Assembly (NCBI RefSeq): GCF_009914755.1
Contig: NC_060947.1
DNA from: the human T2T-CHM13v2.0 reference genome, Homo sapiens
Length of the DNA: 64,000 nucleotides
Reading direction: 5' to 3' (one strand)
In this document: positions 1-14,145 of the stretch, one piece after another
Layout of the letters: each line of letters begins with the position of its first letter
Position numbering within the stretch: the first letter of the stretch is position 1
The notes under the pieces: generated by a model
What the model saw: the letters and a program-made list of their open reading frames with translations, nothing else
Databases searched by the model: none
Told to the model about the DNA's origin: nothing
Made by a program: the position numbers and the translations under genes

Positions 1-467
1 ATTTCATGATATGACTGTTTTTAAGCATATCCAGTGCAGATACAGTCCTTTTAGTCCTTAAAATTCATGATATTGTGAGAAAAATATACTGTGAATTGTT
101 GCATTTAATCTAAAGTGATATACACATCTTAGTGCACTTTTATGGTAACAACTAGAATGAATTAGAGACGCATTCAGAATGAATATATTCCTGGTCACTC
201 ATTGCGAAAAGATTGGTTAATATACCACATTCATTACTTGTGCAATCTCCTCTTATTGCTATATTTGCATGCAAACGACTTAGTTTTTCCTTCAATTTAA
301 ATGAATTCTCTATTAGAAATAAAGATCCAAATGTAAAACCATAAAATAAAGTTTGTGGGCTGCTTTTATTAAAAGTGGTCCTAAAAAATTAGGAGAAAGC
401 CACGGGCAGATTAGTCTCATTTTTATATTCTCATTGAAATTTTAGCAAGTTTTAGGCAAAATAGGCG

Positions 468-716
468 TTATTTCATCTCATCTAGACTTGTTTTTTCTCA
501 ATAGTGATAATTGCTAGAAATAGAAATCATAAGGTCAGACTTAATTTTAGGGGAATGGGGTCAGGGTGGGTGAGTTGGGAGGGAAACAAAATAAAAGGAA
601 GGGGTACAATGAAAATAAGTTGGGTGAGGAAGGCAAGGAAGGAGTTCTGCATAAGTTTGTAGTTGCACAAATGTAGAAAAGTGGGATGTAAGTCACATAC
701 ACGCACACACCAAAAA
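468..716. repeat. Left arm of ~245 bp inverted repeat (partner 1391-1636)
   Basis: Reverse complement aligns to 1391-1636, e.g. TCTCATCTAGACTTGTTTTTTCTCAATAGTGATAATTGCTAG vs CTAGCAATTATCACTATTGAGAAAAAACAAGTCTAGATGAGA. Confidence 0.97.
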
Positions 717-1390
717 TAACTTGAACTTCATTCTTGTGAGTTTACTCCTCCTTCTTACCACCATTCCAAGTCCTTACCACACACACATTTCAGAGCATGT
801 CTGTCCCTTTAATGCTAGCTGTCATTCAGTTTAAAGCATAGATCAAATTTTGACTGACAGCGAAATGACTGCATTGCATCATTTTTAGATAGAGTAATTT
901 TAATGCTTTGCCATAATGAAAGCAGGTTGAAATTCTCATGTCTTTCTTTGTCGTGTTTCCCAATAGTGTTAGTTTTAATTGCTTCAATTGATGTTTATCT
1001 GTCATTACAAATTCCAATAAACTGTGAGAATACCACAGAAATAATCTCAAAAGCAAAAGAACAAAAACAAAAAATCATGCCAGAGATATTGTTTTATTTT
1101 TTAACTATCTCTAGAAAAGAGGAATGATAAACAAATTAATATTTTAATGAGGACTATAGGAAGAATGCCTAAATCACTGATTCAAGCTCTTCTAAAACCA
1201 CTTTAGCAACTTCCATTTACTGATAAATACTTAAGGCGTAGTAGATCTTCAAGAAATCTCAGATATAATCTATTCTAATCCATTCATTTTATAGATGAGA
1301 ACACTGAAAACATTTCTAGTGCCAGATCTGGGAGCAGGGCGTATGTGTCATGTCACCAGTCCATTGGGTATTTCCACTCTTCCTTCCTTC

Positions 1391-1636
1391 TTTTTGGTGT
1401 ATGTGTGTATGTGACTTACATCCCACTCTACATTTGTGCCACTATAAACTTTTCCAGAACCCCTTCCTTGCCTTCCTTATCCAATTTATTTTCACTGTAC
1501 CCCTTCCTTTTATTTTGTTTCCCTCCCAACTCACCCACCCTGACCCCATTCCCCTAAAATTAAGTCTGACCCTATGATTTCTATTTCTAGCAATTATCAC
1601 TATTGAGAAAAAACAAGTCTAGATGAGACAAAATAA
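1391..1636. repeat. Right arm of inverted repeat (partner 468-716)
   Basis: Manual alignment to the reverse complement of 468-716; spacer ~675 bp. Confidence 0.97.
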
Positions 1637-2006
1637 TATATAATAATAATATAACTTAATCACAACCTTATTTTTACTAAAGCAGGCCCGCCGATTGCCA
1701 ATAATTGGTTATCTCTTTTTAAAAACTGCATCTTACTACACTGCTTAAACGCAACCCAGCTACGTTTCTTTTCAAAATTATATGATTTAGACTTTTCACT
1801 ATATCAGAATTGCCTTCTTCCAAATTATTCTTAGTTACTGAAGTTTTAGCTGTAGTTGCATCTTAAAGCTTTGCTATTTTTCAAAGCAGAAATTTAGGAC
1901 ATAATGGTAAAGTTTTGTTTATATTTGCTGTCCTGGTATTTTTATCATCCCAAGATAGTTTCATAGAGTCCATGCCATGGATATAAAGAAAAAGGAAATT
2001 TAGCTA

Positions 2007-2325
<319 letters not shown>

Positions 2326-2817
2326 AAGAAAAATGATTTGTTGAAAAGTGTACTTCAAGACTTTTTAGATTGTGAAATCATTTTATAACCATTATCTGAT
2401 TTATGGCACATGATTTTTAAAAAATTAGCCACCCTCCAAAGCACATTCATTCCTGTGCAACTCAAAATGTCAAAATAAATACACGTGTAGAAAATCTTAT
2501 TTATAAAAATGGAAAACTTCCCTGAATATTTGTTGGACTCTTCTGTTTTGTTTTTGTTTTTTTTTTTTTGTTTTTTTTTTTTAAAAAGCTTGGGATTACT
2601 TATATTCTAGTCAATGCATATGCTGGTCATCTCAGAGCTCATTTCAGTATCTCATGACATAGACATATAGTGTCCTCATGCCTGTTTTTCACTGTCTGAC
2701 ATGGAACATGCCCTTGTTCTTCTCCTTTTCCCATCAAAGTGAATCATGTATGTGTTCCATTCTTTAGACACCTATTAGATGATTAACTGGCAGATCTGTA
2801 GATTAGTTTTTTGCATA

Positions 2818-4090
2818 TACTGTATTTCATCTATTTTAAGATTACATTGTTTTTCTACATGCTAATGTCTCTGAAATAGGGCTGCATCCTGAAATTCTAT
2901 GGCATCTTTTCATCAATTAAGAGTGACTTGTTTGTCATTTTCTACACAGCGAGATTTGTTCATCGCTGTTTATATGATCATCACAGCAATGTGTTATATG
3001 CTTTCTAGGTACTATATTACATGCATTGAGTTTAAAATGTCTCCAGAGAAACTATAATGTGATTCCTCATTGAAACAAAAGTTGTTATACATACAGGACG
3101 GTGCAGAAAAAGAGCAGGTACATGAGTTTGATGTTAGTGATTGTGGTAAACAGCATAATATCCCTCTTCCCTCAAAGATGTCCACATAGCCATCCTGGGA
3201 ACCTGTGAATATGTTACCTTACCTGGGGAAGGAGAATTAAAATTGCTAATCAAATGGCTTTAAAATAGGGAGATTTTCCTGGATTGTTTGGGTGGGTCCA
3301 ATGCAATCACATCACCAGAGTCTTTAAAAGTGGGAGAGGGAAGCAGGGGAGGAGTCAGAGTCGAGGGAGATGTGACTACAAAAGAGAGAATCAGAGAGAT
3401 GGCAGTGTGAATACATGGCCTGACATTGCTGGTTTTGAATGGAACCAGCTGGTTCCATTGCTGGTTTTGAATGAGCCAAGGAATGTGGACAGCCTCTAGA
3501 AGCCGGAAAAGGCAGGGAAACGGATTCTATCATAGAGCCTCGCGAAGGAATGCGGCTCTGCTGACAACTTTATTTTAGCCCTTTGGGACACATTTAGGAC
3601 TTCTGACTTCCATAACTATAAGACAGTGAAGTTTGTGTTGTTTCAGGGCACTGATTTGGTAGTAATTTGTTACAGCAGCAATAGAACGGTAATACAATTA
3701 TATTAGTGATTAGTGGAGAAAAGACTCTAATTTCTGATTTTCTGGCAAATAATAAACCAAATATTTTATAAAAACTAAAAAGTAAAAGATACCTACATGT
3801 ACTTGAACCTGCATTATATACCATTAAATTCTTACACATATATGTGGAAAATGATTATTTACCATACAACTAGTAGCGCAACTAAAGGCAGAAGACAGAA
3901 GAAATCGCCAAGTCTTTGGGATCTGATAAAAGAAATCTCAAAGCAACAAGAGACTGGTGGACCAATTCAAATAACACATAGAACTATCTGAGTCATAGTA
4001 TAATTTAAAATATTTGTTCTTTCTTAGGGATACATAAAATAATGGTGTGTCTTACAATTGATGTCACCTTTCATTCAATGAAATATGTTA
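2818..4090 (+). mobile_element. Old Tc2/mariner-type DNA transposon (Kanga/MER104-like), interrupted by an MLT1 LTR
   Basis: Degenerate terminal inverted repeats TACTGTATTTCATC... and ...ATGAAATATGTTA; transposase-start-like ATGTCTCCAGAGAAACTATAATGTGATTC near 3037. Family assigned from recall. Confidence 0.6.
3142..3696 (+). mobile_element. MaLR LTR, MLT1D-like
   Basis: TGTGGTAAACAGCATAAT start; AAAGATGTCCAC, GCCAAGGAATG and CTAGAAGCCGGAAAAGGCAGGGAA motifs; ends TTTGTTACAGCAGCAATAG..TAATACA. Confidence 0.85.
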
Positions 4091-4389
4091 ATATTAATTA
4101 GTGTTTATATCATAAGAGTAAAGCTCATTGTGTAAATTTTGGACGGAAATATATAAATATATAAATAAGAAAAGCGAAATCTTCCATAATTCCCCAGTAT
4201 CAGTCAGGATAGTCTAATTTGTGTTATTATAACAAGCAACCCCCAAATCTCAATTGCTGAAGCAACAAAGATTTATGGCTTGCTCATACTACCTGTCCAC
4301 TGTGGCAAGGCGAGCCTCTACTCATAATACCATTCAGATACTGAGGTTAATGGGGCACCACTGAGTTGAACATTATTGTTAGTCCTGTA

Positions 4390-4840
4390 AAAGTTCAATG
4401 AACCTCAAGCACGACAACATGAGAAAAGTATAACAAAGCACATCAAAATCAAATTGCTTAAAACCAGCAATGAAGAGAAAAATCTTAAAAGTAGCCAGGA
4501 GTTAATGAACAAACTTGGAGAGCTAACACTATCTTATTTTGAGATTCATTATATACTTACAGAGCAGTGTAATTGTAGCCTAAAAATAGGCAAGTAAATC
4601 AACAGAACAGAGTAGCAAGTTCAGAAAGAGATCCACAAGTGCATGGACAACTGATTTTTGACAAAGGTACACAGGCAAGTCAATGGGAAAAGGATAGTCT
4701 TTTCAACAAATGTTACTGCACAATGTGATATCAATATGCAAGAAAATAAACTGTGATACATACCTTGCGCCATATATAAAATTTAATTCAAAACGGGTCA
4801 CTGGACTCAAATATACAATCTAAAATAACACTTGTAGAGA
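4390..4840 (+). mobile_element. Old L1M fragments (ORF1/ORF2 pieces)
   Basis: GAAAATCTTAAAAGTAGCCAG; CTGATTTTTGACAAAGGTACAC..CAATGGGAAAAGGATAGTCTTTTCAACAAATG. Confidence 0.8.
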
Positions 4841-6039
4841 AAGGGACAGCAGTCTATGGCAGTAGACTGACTTTCTGTTTTTGTAAATAAAGTTTTTTTG
4901 AAAAACAACTCTACTCATTTGTTTGCATATCGTCTATAAGAGTTTCCATGCTATGACAGGGTTGAGTAGTTGTATTTCTAGGACAATTGAAAGAGAACAA
5001 GAGAGAGAAACAGATTATGCTTTATAGTAACTGGCATTGCCATAGCCTTTACAGAGGGTCTTGAATTACTGCCTTTGGAAGAAAGTGGCATAGTTAAAGT
5101 ATTTAGCTTTCTGATTATTCTCAAAGAAATACTTCTAATCTAAACCATTACCATGTGTAGTCTTTGTGTCCCCATTCTTGTAAGTTACATAATTAGTAAT
5201 TAATCAGTCTTTGATTTTATTTTATCACTGTGATTTTCCTGTACAAGGGTTTTAAGACTTATAAGTCTGGAAATCATATAATTTGGTGGTAATTTAGAGG
5301 GCATGTAAGGGGCTCAGAAGTCCTCTCTCCTCACAAATTTGTCACCTATGACAGGTACCTAAAATTCTACCATCACTTCTGTCCCACAGTTACTTAAAAT
5401 TTTGACGCCTTTTATATGTTATTACAAATGGCTTATTTATAAGAGCATGCTGGGAATGGGGAATATATAAAGCATGAAGTCAGTTTTCACCTGGTAGGGA
5501 CAAAAGGGTAGTGCATCCCTGAAGATGCAGAAGAACATCAAAGATGAGTCTAACTCTTACAATTTTGCTGAGGCTGCCCCTGGTGACACCCCACTGAAAT
5601 ATATTAAAGCAAACAATTCCAGTTGCAAGTGCATTTCAGCACAAAACAGATATAGTAGGACCACTACCATTGAGTTTCTCTCCTTCAGTTTGTAGGGTGC
5701 TGATATCACCACAAATTAAAAATAACCAAATAGAAATCACTTTTCTTGCTTTCTATTTTGCCAGAACACCCAGATGCAAAATAAAATATTCAATCTCCCA
5801 TCTGGATATTTTGTCTCTGTGATGCCAAATATACAAATGCTTCCAAAGTGCTGAACTATTGATGACATTTTTCATCTTTCCTTTACAATGTTTTGACACT
5901 GGCGATGCAAGTGCTGTATCCAATTAGAAGTTTTACTTCTCAATAAACTGCTCAATTGCATCAATAGCCACCTCCACTTCACTGAGTTGTGTTCATCTAC
6001 TGACAACTTACTATAATGGCAAAAAGTGTGGACAATGTG

Positions 6040-6240
6040 GGTACACTGCTAGAGTCCAAATCCCTTTTCAGCTGCTTACTAGCTGTGTTACCTTAAGGGA
6101 GTTATATAGCTTTTCCTTGCCTATTTCTGCATCTGCAAAATGAAGATAATAAGCATAACTACCAGAATTGTGGCCAAAATTAACTCAGATAAATGTAAAG
6201 TGCCAGGCATATAATGAACATTCAATAAATAATATCTTTC
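6040..6240 (+). mobile_element. MIR SINE
   Basis: CTTACTAGCTGTGTTACCTTAAG..TTTCTGCATCTGCAAAATG MIR core. Confidence 0.75.
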
Positions 6241-7293
6241 TGTTATTCCTTTTAGTAAAGCATTCATTGATGTCATAGAGCTACCTTGGAACCGGGAGTG
6301 AATAACCCTGGGGGCTCCTAGGTCCTCAGTCTTTTCTTCCATTTGTTAAAAGAGATCTAGAGTGACTTGAATGGTGCAAATGCCAAGCCAAATCAGTGGT
6401 GGGGGTGCAGGACCTTGCAATACCCTTCAAGCACACGCAGACCTGCCTGGGCATGTGATCCCATTCTTTCCCATGTGTTTACAAAGTGAGCAAGGCAGGG
6501 GGTCTTCTTTCATTTTGTTATAAGTAGCTACATGATTATAAAACGGGATAACAGCCATTGCTAATCTTCCCTATTCAATGCCAGAGGAATTTCCTCTTAT
6601 TAAGGACCTTTGTCTTGGAATTTGGATTTAGGATTTTATAACCTCAATGGAAAAAGAGGAAGGGAAAATAAGCTATTTAGTGTTGTACATTCCAGCCTGA
6701 AACAATTGTCCTTCAGATATGCACCCTACGGATGCAGCTGTTGATTTGGGAGGTTACTTTTGTTCAGAGGTGAGTCAGCCCTTAGCCAAACTATGAAGGA
6801 TGCAGTGTTGATCCTTTGAGTTCCCCTGCCTCCCTTTGAGTGTTCTTTGGCCCCTGTGTAATGCCTCAGCCTAAGGTGTCCAGTGTATTCTTGATGGTTG
6901 GGATCTTCCCTCCCAGCAATGAAGGAAAGAGATTTGATAAATTATTTCACAATAATGTGTCAGATCCTAATTTGTTACCTCTCTGAGAGAAACTTTGAAA
7001 GACACTGCTTATAAAGGAGAAATCCTTATTGGTGGGCATTGCACCATAAAGAGTCTCAGGGAAGGAAGGGATGCAGACAGAGATTAGGAGACTCTGATCT
7101 TCATATCCCAACTAGCTATTATATTGGAGTCTAAGGCCAACCCCACCTTGAGCACGTATCAAGAGGTAGTGATCACAAAGTTAAACTGTTCAAAAATCAA
7201 TAATTAAAACTACCATTCCCCCAAGTGTCAGTGAATCTCTGGGGCTGAGATAACCTTCGAAGAGAAATAACGTAAAGCTAAAAGAAAAACATC

Positions 7294-7638
<345 letters not shown>

Positions 7639-10451
7639 TCAGGGTGGTTAAGACACCCCACGCTTTTTGGGATCAAGAGAAATATTCACTTTCAGTTCAA
7701 ATATCTGTACCCTATTGGAATACATAGCTTTAGGAACTCACTGAATGTTTGTAAATCAGAATTCAAAATTATCTATCTTGACAATATCATTGTTCTTTTT
7801 TTTCTAAATAAATGAAATGTAGCATCTTTTTGCAAGAATTTTGATATGATAACTAAACTTGATAGGAGGTTCAGCATCTTTATAATTTTATTGCATATTT
7901 TACTGATTACATAAGGATCTTATAAAATAATTGCTTATAACATTATTTATTGCAAAGAGCAACCATTGTAAATTAGGAATCCATTATTTTTATTTTTCCC
8001 CTGCTTATAGAATTCTGAACACAAGTCCAAAACCACTTTACTATAGTCTGTATACGTGTCAAAATAGCCATGATGTCATTCAAAATTTCTATTATTTGAA
8101 CTGAATCAACATAAATTAGAATGAAAGCACTATATGATTTTAGAAGCAGCAAAACTAAAAGCTTTACATTTTAAAAGCTTGATACTATTAATAGATGGAT
8201 GGACCCTGGATTGCTTGAATAGCCTAATTTATTGCAGTAGGAATAAATTAAGTCATTAAAAAAAAATCCCACCAGATATAGACATGCCTTTTTTTTAATA
8301 CTTAAAACGTGGCAACAGATTTCTTCATTAGTATGTGTTGTACATCTCTTCCTACTTATAGATTTAAAAACTCATATTTTACAAGGAGAGTGGAATACAC
8401 ACCTCCCTTCTATGGCCCATCTTTTGAGGCAAAATTGTATTTAAAATAAGACTTCTGTAAATTCTACCCCTACGGTGTTTTTCCCTTTCCTGACTTGTAG
8501 TCACCCAGGAGTTTGTTGCTCTGTCTCCATTTTTATGGTTAATGTTGCTCTGAGAAAAGAATTACATGTCAGTCATTTTCACGTTACAATGAATTCAATT
8601 CAGTGTGCATGGGGAAAAAAATCTAGCATTTTAAAATAGTATTTATACAATTGTATGTATACAATTATACACTGTGCCAAAATAAGTCTGTTTGTATAAA
8701 AGAGATAACTTGCTAAGGTATTTACCTACCCTCACCTTAAGGGAGATGATTTAAATTTGCCAAGGCAGAAATGTTGCCACATGCTTTCATCAGCAGCTAA
8801 GAAGGGAAGTATGTTTGAATGAAGGCCACATCTGAACGTGAACCATAGAACAGAGGTTTTGCTTAAAGAGAAAAATTGCTTCAGACCCTTCTGAAAAGAG
8901 GAAGTTCCATTATTCTTAAAATAAGTCAGTTTCTTTTATATTGTGGGTTTTCACAAAATAATTACAGAAAAAGCCATGTAGAAATCTTTTTGCTACAAAA
9001 CCACAAATAGGCTGGGAGAGAAAAATGGAGAGTGAATAAATTCATCCATCAAATTAAGAAAGAAACTGATAGTTATCATTCACTGTCTTCTTTTTTTGGT
9101 TTATTTGAAGAACTGAATTAATTGCTTTACAGCTTTACTTTGTGCTTGTATGTGGGTAATTCACTGTGATACAATAACATTAGAATGATATTTTCTAAGA
9201 CTTTTTAGTTTTCCAATCAACAACCACAAACAATCCAGATCACTGGGCAGCAATAATGCAAGAAAATGTAGGATTATTAATAAATTGATTAAGCTTTTTG
9301 TAATATTAAAGGAATTTCAGGCATCAGACAGGAATGAGCAGGAGAGTTAATATTTGAAGAGATAGGGAGCTTATCACAGTAGGTAGTTCATGTACCTAAA
9401 TGTAACATCACCCTGCCAAGCAAGGATACCAGGTTACACGTATGTACTTTTCATAATAGATTGATGTTTTGTGGTAAAATCTCTGCTATGAAGAGGACGT
9501 AATCAATCTCATTTTACTAAAAGGGCCATTCAAAAGGCAGTTCATATATTTGCAAAGTGAAGGTATCTAATTATCATTATCTGTGAAATTGTTTTCTCTA
9601 AAAATTCTCTGAGATGTTCAGATATAAGACTCAGAGCAAAATTTCTAAGACATGGCCTTGGAAAATTATATAGATATTTTTCTAAAATGTCATTGGTCAA
9701 ATGATATTCATTGACTGTAAGTATAACTCAATTTAGTACCCTGCATAATACTACCTTCAAAGCATGTATATGATGCATCAAAAGCCTACTCATACAGGAG
9801 CTATAAAACATACGCCTTATAAATCCTTTTCCCCGACTGTAGATCTTTACTTACTGTGGCAATTCCCATAACTCAGTATTATTTGAAATTCCGGACACCA
9901 TCTGAAAGCAGAAAATTTTGTCTGTTTACCAAGTATACATGTTACCTATTTGGGGAATTGCAGAATGTGGTTACTTTAATATATTCCACCTCTTTTGACT
10001 ATGAAGTGTTTATATCTTGCACTAAAAATGTACTTTCATAGTAGATATTGGGATAATATAACGAGTACATTATTTAAAAAATTTTAAGTTGTTTTAGGTT
10101 GTTTGTTCAGCCAAATTTTATAACTTACAAATATGGGACTATGAATGTTGTCAACAAGCTAAATGATCATTATAGTCAGTAACTTTCACCATTTTTCATC
10201 ATATTGCTGATCATATCATTGCAAAAATTAACACACACCTGATTTATCTGGAATCCATAAATATTCATGTATACTTATTTATCACAAACTGTCACAGAAC
10301 TAGCACCATATCAACATTAGCTTTTAACTTGGGAATGCAGTAGACCATTGGTCTATGCACCCAATTCATCAAACTCAGTATTTTATTCATATTTGAAAGA
10401 GGTATTTATACAAATTTAACACATTTTGTTTGGGGATTTGGAAATAACCAA

Positions 10452-10750
10452 GGACAGATGTGGTGGCTTATGCCTATAATCCCAACACTTTTGGGAGGCT
10501 GAGGAGGAAGGATTGCTTGAGCCCAGGGTTTCAAGACCAGCCTGCACAACACGGCAAGATCCAGTCTCTACCAAAAATTTTAAAAAAATAAAAAATTAGT
10601 CAGGCATGGTTGCCTGCACCTGTGGTCCTAGCTACTCAGGAGACTGAAGAGGCAGGATCACTTGAACCCAGGAGGTCAAGGCTGCAGTGAGCCATGTTCA
10701 TGCCTGGGCAACAGGGAGAGACCCTGTCTCAAAAAAAAAAAAAAAAGAGA
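10452..10750 (+). mobile_element. AluJ
   Basis: GGATTGCTTGAGCCCAGG and GGAGGTCAAGGCTGCAGTGAGCCATG J-type motifs; A tail. Confidence 0.9.
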
Positions 10751-11059
10751 GAGAAAAGAACCGAAATGATTGTATTCACAAATACTAAGTAATTTTCTTC
10801 TTAAACCTGATCCCCTTGGAAAATTGAGATTGAAAGATGATTGCAGTTGTTAAATTTCTGTTTTTTTAAAAAAAAAAAAGAATAAATATCAAATTTTATG
10901 CAATATCTTTGTTCAGTTCAAGAGCCAGAAAAAGTATGCTATTTTATTATACTTTACTTTTCTACTTTATTAAAGGAATACTTGCTTTATAAACTAGTCA
11001 CCAAAAACCAAGTTTAAAAGGATTGGAATGTGTCAGATGTGGAAAATTTCAGATAATCT

Positions 11060-11215
11060 CAATTCTGCCACTTGCTAATCAAAGTGACTTTAGCCTTACC
11101 TAAGTGGCATGAGGCCACTTTAAATTCCAGTTTCCACATCTATAAAATGATGATACTTGTTCCTTATTTATTTGATGTTATATAGTAAGCATTCAATAAA
11201 TGTCACCTATTATTT
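11060..11215 (+). mobile_element. MIR fragment
   Basis: CAGTTTCCACATCTATAAAATGATGATA; AGTAAGCATTCAATAAATG. Confidence 0.65.
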
Positions 11216-11910
11216 TTGTTATTATTACATGACTATATCAAAATTTGAATAAAAGAAACCAGGCCTGACAGTTGGCTTATACAGGCATGGCTTCTTTCAG
11301 CATTCGTAAGTATATTTAGTACTCATGTGTTTTCTTGTGATTTCAACCTTTTCATGTTCCTGAAATTCTTTAGAATTCCATGACAGCTTTGTTTCTCAGA
11401 TAGGTGTTCCAATATTTAACTGAAATACTATATCTCATTAGCATGAGAAAGAAAAGAAACTTTTTCGCTGAGGAATGTGAGCCCCTTTTACTTATCAGAC
11501 CCAGAAAGCCATTGAAATGTCACAGCAATAATGTCTTACATCGCCCCCTGCCTTAGCTCCCCCACCACTTAAGCTAAGTAATCATTTCAAAGCCAACTGC
11601 TACATGGACACTAGAGTGAGTTTTGCTGCAAATACCTTATAAATTAACCTAACAATGACCCAGGCTGGACACCGTAATTCATACCCTGCGGTTCAACAGT
11701 GCATAGGCAATCACAAATAAATGTTATTTCTGTAAACCAATGACAATTCTAGAAAAACAACTTTTGTGATTGCCTCCTCTTCCGATTCATCCTTTTATCT
11801 TTAAAAACTTGAACCTTCCCTTTGTTCTCTGGACCACTTCCCAGTGTTTCCCGGGCTACCGTCCTCAACTTGAGGCCAAATAAAATCTCTATATTAATTT
11901 GCCACAGTGT

Positions 11911-12250
<340 letters not shown>

Positions 12251-12372
12251 CCTCCTTTCTTCTTGGCTGAGGTCTAGACGTTATTCGGTCTGCTTATTTC
12301 AACTCTCTCTTTCTAGAAAAGAGGTTCCATATTTTCCTCCGGACAAGAGATTCACATTTTAGGGAGATTTAA

Positions 12373-12477
12373 AAAGAAGAGGAAAAGAAAAAGAGAAGAA
12401 AAGAGAAGAAAAGGGAAGGGAAGGGAAGGGAGGAAGGGAGGAAAGAAAGGAAGGGAAGGGAAGGGAAGGGAAGAAAC
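12373..12477. repeat. Polypurine (GAAAA/GAAGG)n low-complexity tract
   Basis: ~100 bp of almost pure A/G. Confidence 0.9.
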
Positions 12478-13164
12478 CTGCCTGCTCTACCCCTGCTTCA
12501 CAGCTAGTGGTCCAGGTCATGGTATTAGCAGTCCAATGACACCACTGGTTTTACTTTTTTGGCCTAAATCACATAGCATTCTTTTCAAATGGCTGTTGCT
12601 TTGTATTGTTTTTAATTCAGACTTGTTTTTGTCTTATTTGTGACCAATGCTTCTTAGTTTTAAACTAAAATGTGCACGAAAGAGAGTTCTTTTGCCCCAA
12701 AGTTAAGGGATTTCAAAGTTTTGTTTGTTCATTTGTTTTTTAATACAGAGCCCTCTCGGTCCCTTGGAGATATAAATCTTACCATGTCCATGAAATGTTA
12801 ACATCCAGGGAATTAGCTAAGCAACATTCCAGCTGAGATCAGATTTGAAACAGAGTTAAAGTCCTTTAGACCAGCACAAAATTCCTTTCCTCAGTGGGTA
12901 ACTTTAGCTTAAGAGATAAATATTTATAAAAAATTAATTTGAATTACTTGTTTTAAATTATTTGTGTGACTCTTGACCTTTGAGGGCATACATTTGTAAT
13001 CCTTTCTACTGAAGAAAACCAAAATATCCCTCTCTAAAATACTGGAGATTGTTGAGCTGAAGACAGGTATAATCCAGAGGGACTCTCTTTGCTTTTCCTC
13101 TACTTGTCTGATGGCAGGACAGCAATTTACAAAGACAAAGATTTTCCTGCCTGCCTTTTCCCAC

Positions 13165-13571
13165 TGCATTAAGACTACTGCACTGCTATAAAGGAATACC
13201 TGAGACTGGATAATTCACAAAGAAAAGAGATGTATTTGGCTCACGTTCCTTCAGGCTGTACAAGAAGCATGATGCAACCATCTGTTTCTGCTGAGGGCTT
13301 TAGGAAGCTTCCGATCATGACAGAAGGTGAAGGGGAGCAGTGGTGTCACATGGTGAGAGAAGAGGAGGCAAGAAAGAGAGGAGAGAGAGGGGTGCCATAT
13401 TTTTAAACAACCAGTTCTTGTGTGAACTATTAGAGCAGAAATTCATTACTTCATTACTCCAAGGACAGCACCAAGCCATTTATGAGGGATCTGCCCCCAT
13501 GACCCAAACCCTTCTTTTACGCCCTACTTCAAACATGAGATTTGGAAGGAACAAATATCCAAACTATATCA
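13165..13571 (-). mobile_element. MaLR LTR (MSTB-like)
   Basis: TGCATTAAG..AAAGGAATACCTGAGACTGG..CAAACTATATCA; perfect 5 bp TSD CCCAC. Confidence 0.88.
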
Positions 13572-14145
13572 CCCACCTAATAGCAGCCTTCTTTACAACA
13601 CTTGCTTATCAGCTCAGAGACAGCAGCAACAAAGGATCTAGAAGTCGACTTTACTCTTCCCATCAATTTACCCTCCCACATTTTTCCAACTTTTGGCACC
13701 ATTCCCATGGCTGCTTTTGTTTTCCTTTTTTACTATCTCTTTTAATCGTCCATTTGGGCTTCGAACATAAACAGTTAGCTGAGAACTGAGACCTTAGAAA
13801 ATATGGCCTAACACATGTGAGCTGCACTCTATTTGCAGCTAGACTCCATTTGCAGTTAGCAAAACTTTGACCATTTGTAAATCAGGTCATCTGCCTTTTT
13901 GTTTTTGATTTGTAAGAGTTTACTATATATTCTGGATACAGATCCCTTATCAAATATATAACTGACAAACATTTTCTCCCATTCTGTGGGTGGTCTTTTC
14001 ACATTTTTGATGGGGTCCTTTGAAGCATAAAAGTTTTTGATTTTGATAAACTCTAACTTATCATTTTTTTTCTTTTGTTACTTATACTTTTGGTGTCATT
14101 TCTAAGAATCCATTGCCAAATTCCAGGAAGATTTTCACTTACATT

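Noticed and set aside
7700-10440. Repeat-poor stretch as possible host exons
   Set aside because: No convincing ORF with splice signals. It may hold conserved non-coding elements, but this cannot be shown from the sequence alone.
13340-13789. 149 aa ORF as a novel gene
   Set aside because: Spans an antisense MSTB LTR and ERV internal sequence, starts at GTG, and has no recognisable domain.
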